From NCBI RefSeq assembly GCF_009914755.1, contig NC_060929.1: 64,000 bases of DNA; one strand, 5' to 3'. Positions 16,337 through 29,870 of this stretch are shown here, piece after piece. This stretch comes from the human T2T-CHM13v2.0 reference genome, Homo sapiens. A program made the position numbers and the translations under genes. The stretch's first letter is position 1, and the number at the start of each line of letters is the position of its first letter. Below the pieces are notes generated by a model. That model was given only the letters and a program-made list of their open reading frames with translations, was not told the DNA's origin and did no database searches.

Positions 16337-16843
16337 CTTAATATTTGAGTTTAAACCAAAGTAGCCACAGAACCTTTCAAAAGCTTTTCTGTTGGCCTCA
16401 TTAATGTTTTCTAAAGCAGGTTCTATTTAATTAATCATGTATAGCTAATTCTTCTTTTAGAATTAGTCGAGGTAGACTTAAAACCCCAGCCCAACATTCT
16501 TCTGAGTGACATCAAAGAGTCTCTCACTCATTTTGTATGGAGACAGATCTTATCAAGATGAACAAAACACATTTCTTGGAACTAGTCCAGTATTTCTGCA
16601 GTTGTATAAGAACAGCCTTCATGTTTTGAAAATTCCAATGCATGAAACAAGCACAGCAATCATATATGCGGCACACTCCTTCACAACAACATGGAAATCA
16701 CGACGGGGAAACAACCACTTTTCATGCAAGGCAGAAGGAAATGGGTTGAGGAAGCAGAAATTGGGTGTGGACAAGAATCAGTAGAAATATGAAGGGAAGG
16801 TGGAATCTCTGTCCTGTAATCCCAAGTGTCTGATCTCACAGTC

Positions 16844-17216
16844 TGTATCAGTCTGTTCTCATGGTGCTATAAAAGACCGCCCAAGACTGGGTAATTTATA
16901 AGGGAAAAGGTCTAATTGACTCACAGTTCCGCATGGCTAGGAAGGCCTCAGGAAACTTACAATCATGGTGGAAGGGGAAGCAAACGCGTCCTTCTTCACA
17001 AGTCAGCAGGAAGGAGAAGTGCCAAGAAAAAGGGGGGAAACTCCCTTATAAAATTATCAGATCTCATGAGAACTAACTCACTATCAAGAGAACAGGATGG
17101 GGGAAACTATCCCCATGATTCAATTATCTCCTCCTGGTCCCTCCCATGACTTGTGGGGATTATGGGAACTATAATTCAAGATGTGATTTGGGTTGGGACA
17201 CAGCCAAAGCATATCA
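16844..17216 (-). mobile_element. THE1C/D (MaLR) solo LTR
   Basis: TG...CA termini, THE1 body; 5-bp TSD CAGTC at 16839-16843 and 17217-17221. Confidence 0.92.
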
Positions 17217-17489
17217 CAGTCCAAGAGGCAATTTTGCCCCACCCCAAAGACCAAATAACACAACGCCTCACACTACTCAGTGGATTATCTACCATAACTT
17301 TAAAAACCTCCCTATGGTCAGCAAAAACATTCATCTCTTTATCACCCATCACAGAATCAGGAGCTCATTAGTTTAACCTTCAGTCCAGAATTGTACTCAA
17401 TCAGAAATAACGATTACATTTAATCATTAATTATTAATGATTATTAATAATTATGTAATCCTTAATTATTAATGATTGATAATTATCCA

Positions 17490-17830
17490 TTTCCATGCAT
17501 CTCCACTATTGTCATATTTATCCATCATCTCCTGTCTAGTCTACTACATATACTCCTGTCTATGACTTCACAATAGTCTCAGGCTAATCTATTTTTCACA
17601 GAGCAGCCACACACTTGTTTGAAATGCTTCAAGGAGCTTTTCAATAAAATCCAGTGTACTCACCAGAACCTGCATCATCTGGCCTTGTTTTCCCTTCATT
17701 TTATCCTACTCTTCCTCTGACCTCTGGATTCAGTGTCCCTGTTCTCCCTTTGGTCTCTTGCATATCCCAAATAGTTTCTGGTCCCAGGGTCTTCACACAC
17801 TCTTTTCCCTCTTTCTTGAAACTGAGCTAA
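17490..17830 (+). mobile_element. L2 fragment
   Basis: CATCTCCACT...CCATCATCTC...CACAGAGCAGCCA pattern typical of L2. Confidence 0.5.
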
Positions 17831-18037
17831 CATCTGCCAGTATTCTCCTATACAATGGTATTGGTTGTGAAAACAGTGAAATACCTCTCCATCCCATTTA
17901 TAAGTAAATGCAATGCCATGTTCCTACATGACCCCACATACATTCATTTTGCCCATTTCCAAGGATCCCGTAGACCTCCACAACTACTGAGCAACTAAAG
18001 GAATAATGCCTCACCCTGCAAAAAGCATGTAGAACTC

Positions 18038-18433
18038 TGTATCAGTCAGGGTTCAACCAGAGAAACAAAATCTTCAGAAGATATATATTATAGGATTCGT
18101 TGCAAGAAATTGTTTTTCACAGTTGCTGGGGCTGGCAAGGCAAGTGGGAAATCTGTAGGGCAGTAAGGAGAGGCTGGATGTCTCAGGTTTCAGCTGAAGT
18201 GGTAATTCACAGCAGAATTTCTTCTCTATGCTGTTCTTCCTCTTAACTTTTAAGGTCTTTCAACTGATTGAATAAGGTACATCAAGAGTATCTAAAATAA
18301 TCTCCTTTACTTAAAGCCAACTGGTTATGAACGTGAGTCACATCTACGAAATACCTTCACAGCAATACCTAGATTAGTGTTTGAATAATTAGGATTTGTA
18401 GCCTACCTAAGTTGACAGATGAAACTGATCACA
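18038..18433 (-). mobile_element. MLT2 (ERVL) solo LTR
   Basis: TGTATCAGTCAGGGTTCAACCAGAGAAACA...AATACCTTCACAGCAATACCTAGATTAGTGTTTG...AAGTTGACA. Confidence 0.85.
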
Positions 18434-18559
18434 ACAGACATTGTTCCAGCACAGCAGCTGCCAGTTGTCCACCTTATTAGTAGTTCAGTATTTTTAAATA
18501 TCAACCCTTCCTGGAACCCCTCCCCTGACCTTGCTCTTTAGAGAGTGGGCTCCATTTTT

Positions 18560-18870
18560 CTTCCTATCCTTCAGGACCCCACTTAAATGTCACATTCTCA
18601 CAGGAAGCTTTCTTCACTACCCTCTCTGAGTCAGTCCCTCCTCGGTCCGTCTCCATCACTGACTCCACTTCTTCCTCTTCACTGCACTTGCCACAAGTTG
18701 TTATTTACATGATGCATTTTTCTGTTTACTAGTTTTGTCTGTCTTCCCCACAGAACTGTGTGTCCCATGAGCATTGAGGCTTTTATTTGTACAGTACTGT
18801 ATACTGAGACTTAATTACCATGGCTGACACATAGTACCAGCTCAATTAATATTTGTCAAAGGAGTGAATG
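18560..18870 (+). mobile_element. L2 3' end
   Basis: CTTAAATGTCAC...GGCTGACACATAGTACCAGCTCAATTAATATTTGTCAAAGGAGTGAATG. Confidence 0.65.
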
Positions 18871-20157
18871 TCATCAGAGGTTACTATCATTTTACCAAGT
18901 GCTGTGCTCTTACACATTCCCTACTGTTGTTGCCTGGAAGCCTTCCATCTTCAGAATCCCAGTTAATCAGAAGTCATCATTCTGGCAAAAGCAGAGGTTC
19001 AATACAGACACATTGAAGGATCATTGCTTTTAGAAGAAATCACTTAGACATGGCTGATCTTACCTCAGATCCATAATGTGGGTTTCATATTTTTATTCAT
19101 ATATACAGCCCTCAGTCTTATCTCTGAAGCCTAAACCATGCCAGCTCTCACTGAGATAAGGGGCATTTGTTGCCATTGTCAAATATGTTAAATGCTTGCC
19201 AAAAAGAGTAGACACAACTTATGAACAGTTGTTGAGGAGATGGTTCTCCTTCTAAGAAGGCCCTGGAGGAGAACCATGATCAAATAAAAGGCACAAGTGT
19301 AGAATCTCACAAATTGGAAAGAGTTCCCAAAGCTCACCCCTTACCACTACATCTAACCAGATCCCAATTCCCACACTCTCCACTACCTCCAATCTTTCTC
19401 CTCTCTTCTGACTCGACGGCATGTTTAAGAAATATCTACCCTTAGTTTTCTGGTTCTGTGCCTGAGGTATTGGGCTGCAATGTCTGCTTGGTATCAGTGG
19501 ACTTCTTTATACACTGAACAAGGGTTTTATCATAGTTTTTAATGAAATAGATATTCCCCCCCGCCCCCCACTTTCTTGCTAACAAATACAGACCTTCTGA
19601 GTCACCAGTGAAAAAGCCTTTAGGGGATTTGTGCAGTTAAGAGTCTTTGCATTATTCTTACTTCCCAGGATAAAGTAAGGAGGTTATTAGACACTGTGGT
19701 AAAAGAGCTTTATATATTGGGGTAAAAAGGGACAATTTCAAAAAGAGATAAAACAATTTCTGTCCACAGCAGAATTGCACAACTCTATTGACGACATAAT
19801 GATGACCCTAGATCTAGAAGAGTAGAGTGTGGTTCAGAGTGATGCCCTAGGTCTAGGTTACCTGAAACAAGCCATCAAGCAATAACACGAAAACAAAATT
19901 TTCTCCATAATTTTATTTTTTGCCAGTCATCCTTCCTTATCTGTTTACTCTGCTATGAGAATATGAAATATTATAATACAGTATGGCTAAGGTCAATTAC
20001 AAGAATTAACTTTAGCTTCTCTGTTTAGCTTTAAACAAAGTGCATTTGGGGAGCCCATAAAAATATTCCATGAAAGCAAGCAACACACCCACAACTCACA
20101 GAATATTGCAGCTACCGTGACAGACAGACACTTGCCTGAGGCAAAACTGTGAATTAA

Positions 20158-20448
20158 GGCCCCATGAAGTGGTTCATGCCTGCAATGCCAGAACTTTGAG
20201 AGGCCGAGGCAGGAGGAGGATCACTTGAACCTAGGAGTTCAAGGCCAGCCTGGATAACATAGTGAGACCTCATTTCCACACAAAATAAAAAAAAATTAGC
20301 CAGGTGTGGCAGTGCACACCTGTAGTCCCAGCTGCTCAGGAGGCTGAGGTGGAGGACCACTTGAGCCCAGGAGGTTGAGGCTGCAGTGAGCTATGATCAC
20401 TCCACTGCACTCCAGCCTAGGTGACAGAACAAGACCCTGTCTCTAGAG

Positions 20449-20467
<19 letters not shown>
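20158..20467 (+). mobile_element. AluJ
   Basis: Diverged dimer with J-type GGAGGACCACTTGAGCCCAGGAGGTTGAGGCTGCAGTGAGCTATGATC. Confidence 0.9.
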
Positions 20468-20482
<15 letters not shown>

Positions 20483-20507
20483 TATACACATATATATATT
20501 ATATATA

Positions 20508-20538
<31 letters not shown>

Positions 20539-20605
20539 TGTGTATATATATATATTATATATATGTGTATATATATATTATATATATGTGTATATATATA
20601 TTATA

Positions 20606-20636
<31 letters not shown>
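20468..20636. repeat. (TA)n/(TATG)n compound microsatellite grown from the Alu tail
   Basis: Seen directly; higher-order ~22-24-bp unit TATATATATTATATATATGTG repeated about 5 times. Confidence 0.95.
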
Positions 20637-20947
20637 GAAGTAGGTAAAGTTTGAATTTAAGGCCTCTAGTCCATATACGGACTGTTTCATCACTTTCAAG
20701 CGCTTATGTCTGCCCCTCAGGTACAAAGGACTCCTTCACAATTATTTTTTGTTTTCTGAATTCCTATAACACGATGGGCTTCTTGTCATGCCAACTTGTC
20801 CTGTTATATTTCTTTATATATTAATTTATTTGTTCCCAAATTAAATAATAAACTCCTGGAGGACATGGCATTATTTTTTAAGTCTTTATTTCTTCACACC
20901 ACTTCGCACAAATATTTTGCCACTACCTAGTGGACTAATAACGAAGT

Positions 20948-21325
20948 TGTGGCAGAGATTACCAAGTTGTTCACCGAGATTTTTGTTCTGTTCTTTTTAG
21001 GCACAGAGCTAGATGGGATTTCCTAGCCTCTTCTGCAGGGAAATGAAGCCTACTGACTGACTGTGCCATTTCCAGGCTTATTCCGTATAAGCCTTTCCAG
21101 TTTCTCTCTCTCTGCCTCTGTTCTCTTCTTCTGATAAAGATGAATCCTCATGGATTGGCAAAGCCACATGATGAAAGGAGCTTAGGTCCTGAAATCACCT
21201 TGCTGAGGAAGCTGTCCATAGATCAGGAACACCTGTGTTGGACTATCAGCAAGAAATAAACATCAATTGTTTTTAAGCCAACACACATTCATGGGTCTAC
21301 TTGTTATAGCAGCTTACGGTAATCT
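20948..21325 (+). mobile_element. MLT1I/J-type LTR
   Basis: TGTGGCAGAG start; GATGAAAGGAGCTTAGGTCCTG; AGAAATAAACATCAATTGTTTTTAAGCCA; TTGTTATAGCAGC. Confidence 0.7.
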
Positions 21326-21339
21326 AGTGCTACTAGTAA

Positions 21340-21555
21340 TTGAACTGGGCTTAATCCTTGGCTTACTACAGTGACAAAACTATGTGATTTATACAAGTTA
21401 CTTAATTTCCCTGAGACTCAGCTTCCTCATCTGTAAAATTTAGACAATGATAGCAACTATCTCTATCAGTTTGTTGTGAGAATTAAATAAGTGCATGTAA
21501 TCACTCAAAAAGTGTCTGATATCTGATGGGCATTCAATGAATATCAGTTCAGTAT
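21340..21555 (+). mobile_element. MIR
   Basis: AAGTTACTTAATTTCCCTGAGACTCAGCTTCCTCATCTGTAAAAT...TTGTGAGAATTAAATAAG. Confidence 0.8.
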
Positions 21556-22609
21556 CAGTCAGGTGTGTGCTTAGGATTAGTTCTTGACAAGAAGAAGCTA
21601 TAAGAGAGTCCAGAAAAATGGCATCCAAATTTATTTTTATTTTCCACCTGCAACAATATAGTAGAAGTTCCTTCGAGATGGGAAATACACTTATGGGTAG
21701 GGATAGTAGTCAGCAGGAGGTGTTGGGAAGGGTGAGACAAGTTAAACAAGATTCCAGTAGAATATTCAAAAATATTATTTGAATTCTTAGAACTTCCCTC
21801 CTGGCAGATATTTGAGACTTAGATTAGCATATGTAAGAACTTCACACTAGGCCAGACTGTGTCTAAACAGATTATTAGAAATAGACAATTATGCTGTTAT
21901 TTAGGTCAAGGTACCAACCTCTCTATGCTGGGATATTCAGTACTTGGAGAGTTAGTCTGATTCCCATTGAGTATTAATGATTAAATGCCCAGTTGTTCAC
22001 CTAATCACTGGTTGCAAATATGGCAAAGCTGGGAGACATTGACAATTGTTTGATTTGTTCAAGCTGAGTTTAGATGAAGAAATAAAGTAGTCATTATGTC
22101 TACTGTTGGGTTCCATATTCTTCAGTTTATAATACCCAGCAGACCCTCATGCAGCACACAATAAGAAATTTAATAAGGTAAAATTTAATTAGGCATATAT
22201 TATAGGCTGAATGAACTTTTGACATCTGCTTTTGGACAATTTTAGGCTGCTTGAATTAATATATTCATTCCTATTTTAGTAACATTCTATCTTCATTGTA
22301 AAAGTTTGAACATATACTTTATTATCATCTCATAAGTTGATTCCTTTTATTTTCAGGAGAATTAACATTTTTTAAATGAGGGGATTGGTGTGGGAGAGTA
22401 GGAGTCTGCAGAAATGTGTCCAAAAATGCAGATGGTATATCTGATAAACTTAACAATGATTGGATATCATGCTATCTCCTGCTGCAATTTTCTATCAAGA
22501 AGATCACAGAGATTAAGCATTATTTAATTTTTTATGTAAGGAAAAAGGCCAACTTTCAAAATCTATTCTCCAAATCTGGAAACATGGCAAGAAAAGATTT
22601 TTAAAATTC

Positions 22610-22990
22610 TTCAATTGTAGATGAATGTTTATTGCAGTATTGGTTGTATTTGCAACAATAAAAATAAATCAAAACAAAAAATAACCACCCAATATGCATC
22701 AGTAGGGAAATGGTTGGATAAATTATGCACACGCACACAGTGGGATAATATTCAGCTTTTGAAAAAAAAATCTTTTTGAGATTGATCTGTATGTGGTTAC
22801 TGGGAGAAATAGCCAAGATACATTGTTAAATAAAAAAAAAAAGTTGCAGAGTTATGTGTATAGTATAATTCCATATTTATAAAAATAAAAATTCAGACAA
22901 AAACAACAAACTCCCTATATTTGTGAACATTTGTAGAAAAAAATTATGGAAAAAGAAATACAAAACCTTTCATATTGATTACTCAGGGAC
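22610..22990 (+). mobile_element. L1ME 3' fragment
   Basis: GAATGTTTATTGCAGTATTG...CAGTAGGGAAATGGTTGGATAAATTATG. Confidence 0.65.
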
Positions 22991-23074
22991 ATGGGTCAGC
23001 AGGGATTGTGAGTGGAGTGTGTTCACTTTCTGCTGCTCCCTGTTTTGTTTGACAGGTGCAATAGGAAGGCATTG

Positions 23075-23868
<794 letters not shown>

Positions 23869-26067
23869 TCTTTAAAGTCTGTAAATATGGAAGGTATTCT
23901 TGACATGTGAAAGGACATGAGTAACCACAGAAACAGGTATTTTTATACTTCCTAGGATTTCACAAAGCTTCAGTACTGTATCTCATGTCTCACTGCCCTG
24001 AATTTACAAAATTTTCATGTAACTCACATTCTATCAGAAATAAGCAATGCTAGAAATGATCCTGGAAGCCACAGACACATTCCTTTCAAAAGTAATGTGA
24101 AATAGTATATTGCAAATTGGAAATATAAAAACAGTTAAAAACAAGTTCATCTTAAATAACGGAAAATAAACTTTTTGGTTATTACTAAGAAAAGAGACTC
24201 CACATTCCCTTAATTGAAAAGACAGAAGAAAGGAAAGAAAGGAGGGAGGAAGGAAGAAAATGAATCAGGGTAGTTTGACTGGTATTTCTACTGCTGGGGG
24301 TTATGGGAGGTTGTAAGATATTAGGTCAAAAGTAGAAGAGAGGCAGATGTGGTGGCAGCAGTGGAGAGTTCCAGAGCATCCACCCACACTACATAGAGTG
24401 TAGAGGGAGGATGTTGGATTAAGGATTTGAGGATTTTCTTATTTCCCATTCCCTTCTCCCCTCACCAAAGCATAATAAATGTAACTGGTATTAGGGCTAT
24501 AGAAATGCAATGGCCCTGCAATTGGGTTAGTGCTTCTTCCCATTCATTATAGATGTGGTCACAGGCCAGGGGCATTGTACATATGCAAATAGTACACCAT
24601 CAGCTGGAGTGGAAAATTACAACCAGCCATATAAAATCCCAGGCACCAGTGAAGTCATGAAGTGACTGTGGATGTCTCACTGATGGCATTCCTCATCTAA
24701 TCACCCCAAATTTATGAGCAGCCACCAATTGAAACTAGGTGCATACTACAGAACTCCCCCACACTGCAGTGAGAAATGGAATACAGCCTAGATTAAGAAG
24801 TAAAATGTAAGTTTGCCAGAAATGGAGCAGTAGGGAGGGGTGGTAGGAGTAAATCACAAAAAGAAGGGGTAGTGGTCCTGACTATTCAAAACAGTCTGGA
24901 AAGTAAGAGACAATGTTAAATATGCATGATTTAAATTTGGGGAATGGTCTTAAGGAAGCCAATATTTCAGAAAGAAAGTAATGTGATTAAATAAATCCAT
25001 AAGGATTGTGATGTGAGCTCTGCATTTCGGATTGTTTGAAGGCAAAACACATTTTAAGTCAGGCTAGGGAGAAGACTGTTAGACCAAACCTAAGAGGTCA
25101 ATAATTTGTATTAACCTTTATATCTTGGTAAAGGAGAGATGGCTATATAAAGCTAAGAAAAACGAGGGCTTTCAGAATAACAGGTTGGCAAGAAATCACG
25201 CCCTGTGGGAGTTTTAGATCCAAATCTCAGGTAAAATCCAACCTTTTCTTTTGAAACAATGCTCTATTCTCAAGTTCTTCTAAGGATAACACTGCCTCTG
25301 GGATGGGCTTGACATCTCACAAAGTGAGACCAAAAAAGTCTTCCCTGGAGTCACACAGAGTGAGAATCTGGCCCATCAATTTTCTGGGACTTCATTTTGG
25401 CAACACAGCCTGAGTGCAGAAGCCAGGGGCCCTGTGGCCCAGACAGCCCAATCTGCAGGAAGGCTGGATTCCAGCGGAGCATTGGCCAAAGACTCCAGTG
25501 ACCCTGTCCTCTTCCTCTCCAGTTCACCGAAGTGAAGCCTTTTATGAGTGACTGGAAGAGAGGTCACCATTTTGACTAAAGTATTTGTTTAATGTTTCCT
25601 AATCCCATGTTCATCTTTTATTTGTCCTTTTCGGATTTCTGTTTTGATTGCTCATTCTTATAAACAACAGCATACAATTGTTTTAAGTTGTCTATTTAGG
25701 TCCCAATGTAGATGGGGAAAATAATAATTAAAAAAATAAAAATGATTGTTAAAAATAATGATACAAAAATAACGCCCATATTGTTCTATGTTAACTAAGG
25801 TTTTATATTTAAATTCTAAAGGATGGGGTGTAAACATTTATCAAAGGGTCCACTTTGAAGCAGGAGGAAATATAGGCAAACAAATATTAAGCTGAGATGT
25901 TAAGACTCAGTAAGTATGACTATCAGGACACATATCAGGCCACAGAACATTCTCCACTTTATCCTTCTTTCATAATTTCTCACCTAAAGTTCTTGTTAAT
26001 TCTTCTTAACACAAAACTATTTTGAATTGATGTTGTTACCAAACAGGAAGTTAAGGTTAAAGAGTAT

Positions 26068-26190
26068 CTTTCTTTCTTTTTCTCTTTCTTTATTTCTTTC
26101 TTCTTCTCTCTCTCTCTTTCTCTCTCCCTCTCTTCCTTCCTTCCTTCCTCCTTCCCCCTCACCCTCTCCCTCCCTTTCTCTCTTCCTTTT
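26068..26190. repeat. CT-rich low-complexity tract (Alu tail derived)
   Basis: Seen directly. Confidence 0.9.
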
Positions 26191-26468
26191 TTTTTTATTG
26201 AAGCAAGGTCCTGCACAGGCTGGAGAGCAGTGTCAGGATCCTAGCTCACTGCAGCCTCAACCTCCTGGGCTCCAGTGATTCTCCTACCTTAGCCTCCTGT
26301 GTAGCTGGGACTTACAGGCATGCACCACTGCACATGTCAATTTAAAAAATTTTGTTTTGTAGAGGTAGTGTCTTGCTATGTTGCCCAGGGTTGGTCTTAA
26401 ATTCCTGGCCTCAAGTAATTCTCTTGTCTTGGCCTACCAAAGTACTGGGATTACAATGTGATCCAGCC
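26190..26468 (-). mobile_element. AluJ
   Basis: TAGCTCACTGCAGCCTCAACCTCCTGGGCTC; TCTTGCTATGTTGCCCAGG. Confidence 0.85.
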
Positions 26469-26689
26469 AGAGAGCTACTTTAAAATACTAAATCTACAAA
26501 TGTGAAAATATTAAAAGCATCTAATAGCAGTTAAACCAAAGGTTATAAATAGTTTTAGCACTAGAAAAACTTGGAGAATTCACTTATTTCCTTCTGCAAA
26601 TGTAAGTGACCTGACCAAGATCTCACAGATAGAGAAGATCTAAAACTAAGACTTGCTCTCCCAAGTTTTAAGCTAATATTCTTTCTACT

Positions 26690-26880
26690 TATCTGTGCGT
26701 TATCAAGCAAAGTTATTCAACATTTTCATGCCTCAGTTTCCTCAACTATAAAATGGATATCATATTAATATCTAATTCATAGGGCTATTGTGAGAATTAA
26801 ATATATTAATGTTTTTAAAGTGCAAAGGAGAGTACCTGGCACACGGTAAATACTCTGTTAATATTAGCTATTATTATTTA
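26690..26880 (+). mobile_element. MIR
   Basis: GCCTCAGTTTCCTCAACTATAAAATGG...TTGTGAGAATTAAAT...CCTGGCACACGGTAAATACTC. Confidence 0.8.
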
Positions 26881-26936
26881 CTACACTGCCTTTCGATTAA
26901 TTTACTACTTTAAAAACCTTTTAAATTAATGTTTTT

Positions 26937-27221
26937 GGCTGGGTGCAGTGGCTCATGCCTGTAATCCCAACACTTTGGGAGGTCGAGGTGGGCGGATCAC
27001 TTGAGGTCAGGAGTTTGAGACCAGCCTGGACAACATGGTGAAACCCCATCTCTATTAAAAATACAAAAATTAACCGGCATGGTGGTGCGTGCCTGTAATC
27101 CCACCACCTCAGAGGCTCAGGCAGATGAATCGCTTGAACCCAGGAGGCAGAGTTTGCAGTGAGCTGAGATGGCACCACTGCACTCCAGCCTGGGTCACAC
27201 AGCAAGACTCCGTCTCAAAAA

Positions 27222-27256
<35 letters not shown>
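26937..27256 (+). mobile_element. AluS (Sx/Sz) with (TAAA)n tail
   Basis: Full dimer, GGATCACTTGAGGTCAGGAGTTTGAGACCAGCC, tetranucleotide tail. Confidence 0.92.
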
Positions 27257-27259
<3 letters not shown>

Positions 27260-28099
27260 CAGTATTTAACTACTGGAAATGTAGAATTAGGTAGTAGTAA
27301 ACCTTGGATAGGAATTAGGAATTTTTTCTTGTTTCTTTTCTTTTCCTATTCCCAAAAATGATTCTGCAGACTGTCTTCCCTCTTTACCTCCACATTACTT
27401 CTTAATCAATTAAGTTTGCAGTGATGAAGTAGACAAGATATATAAAAGAAGAAATACAATTTATCGTCCTGTCTCAAATTAGACATAGAGCCCAGGGTGT
27501 GACATCCACTGCCATTGTAATTATCATGACAAACTCATCAGGAGTAAATTGAACTGGCAAACTGAACTAGGGAAAAATACATGTTCCTAATACAAGACCT
27601 TCTCAAGAAGTCTTATCTAATTCCACCCAACAGAATTAACTGCTTTCTGTTCCATGTGCCAGTATAACTTTGTTTATACTTACTTTTGGAATGAATCACA
27701 TCAAGCTCCTGCATCGTTCTCTGACTGCACTGCATTGTAAACCATGGACAGCAAAGTCTATGTCTTACTCATCTTCATTTCCAGAATCCAGAATACCTTA
27801 CAGCAGTTAAAGGTTCTCACTAAGTATTTGTTGAATCCAATTCACAGAAAGCACTTAGAAATAAGTAAGAATATACGCTCTTTAAAAATACCATCATTTA
27901 TTGAGCACATATCAGGGATCCTAAACTCTGCTAAATCCATCGTGATCATGTGAAAATGCTATCATTATTTTCATTTTGGAGATGAGAAAAATTGAGGTAC
28001 AGATTGTAAATCCCAGTGCTATCTGATATTGCTTCCATTAAGCACTCCTTATTTTTATTATTTAATCACATATAATCCCTTCTGAAACAGGTTCTGACT

Positions 28100-28720
28100 T
28101 TAGGAATGCACTCTCTTTAGGACAGTCATTTGGTAGTATCTTAACCCTTAGTGTCTTTTATGAATAACACCAACATTAAGAAGATTGCCAATATCGTCTT
28201 CTATGGGGGAATATTGAAAACCCCACCATAATTTCCCACTGTAAAGTTCTTGTGAACAGACATGACTCTTGGGATTGGGCATTGTTTGTTGCTGTCATTG
28301 ACCTGCCTGTTCATCTGTTATGATACACTTTATGTAGGCTATCACAACATTGTCCATACCAGTAGAACTTGTCTGTATGCTCATGGGATTGGCCTCCAAC
28401 TACTTCTCTTCAGAACTGGAAGTTGAACCAGCTCTTTTCCAGCTAGAACTCCAACCAGTCCTGCATGCAATGTGATGCATTAGTATCTGAGATGAGTCTG
28501 TTAAATTCCACTGTGACCTTTCAAAGGCTATAATTTGGAAAAGCGTACCGAGTCTTTTGAATATGCTGCTTCCCCCGGTTTTTTCAATCATATCATTTGC
28601 TTGTGATTCCTTTCCTTCAAATCTCTTAGCCATTGTATAACCTTCTGTTTCATTATCTTTTGCTGAGTTTCTGCAATCTCTGACTTTTATAGCTTTTTCA
28701 CAGTAAGAAGAATGGTGCCC
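28100..28720 (-). mobile_element. Possible ancient Gypsy-type pol/integrase relic
   Basis: Manual minus-strand translation across frameshifts gives SEIAETQQKIMKQKVIQWL ... ELVQLPV ... SHEHTDKFYWYG ... VVIAYIKC, in the order expected around a Ty3/Gypsy integrase zinc finger. Confidence 0.4.
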
Positions 28721-29514
28721 ATTTGAGTTATGAGTGTGTTGGGAGCTAGCAAAGCCAATAAATTACCTACATATTAATTAATAAATCAAAGTAGAGAGTA
28801 TAGTAACAGAATAAGTGTTTTAAAAATGATTTAGTCTGCTAATTGAATGTTACCAACTAGCACATCCAAATACAACTTCTTTTCCTCTGAATCTGTGGTT
28901 ACCCATGGAAAAATAAATGAATGTTGAGAAATGTTGAAAGTTAAAAAGAAGCTCTTTTAAACAAAGAAAGCCTGAAGCATTTCCTATTTTCAGGGTAGAG
29001 CCAGTGTGGAACGTAAATAATCATGCCAAGAGAGCAATAGAAGATGCCCTGGGGGAGAATGTAAGAGGATAGCCATTGAAAGCAACAGAAAATATAAGGC
29101 ATTCAGTATAAAACCCAGCACAAACCCCTTCAAACTAAAGGCAGTGTCTGAGTACACAAATGCGGAGCAGCTGGACAAGTGTCCAGAATCCTACACACCC
29201 CCCTCCCCTTCAGGGAAGGCCAGATCCAGGTATTAACACTCACAGCAGAGGAAGATACCCCGGCCGATCCCACTCTTCTTTTTCAGTGGGCTTGTTCAGC
29301 TCCATTTCTCTGGAGATACCATATTTTCACAGGAACTTGTCTCATGCTGTGAGCCTTTCTGTGTTAGGGCTATGACATATTGATTTGCAGCATAATTACA
29401 TGGCCTGTTGAGTGACTACTAGAGAATCCAGCAGATGCTTCCCTGTGGATCATCGTTCCCGAGGAGACTGTTTTCACAGAACTTCAAATCCCAGGGGTCT
29501 AAGAACATAACATT

Positions 29515-29870
<356 letters not shown>

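Noticed and set aside
24330-25840. Possible ancient LTR or Gypsy-associated sequence, with PPT-like AAAGGATGGGG-TGTAA near 25820
   Set aside because: I could not assign a family, termini or TSD by eye; needs a Dfam search.
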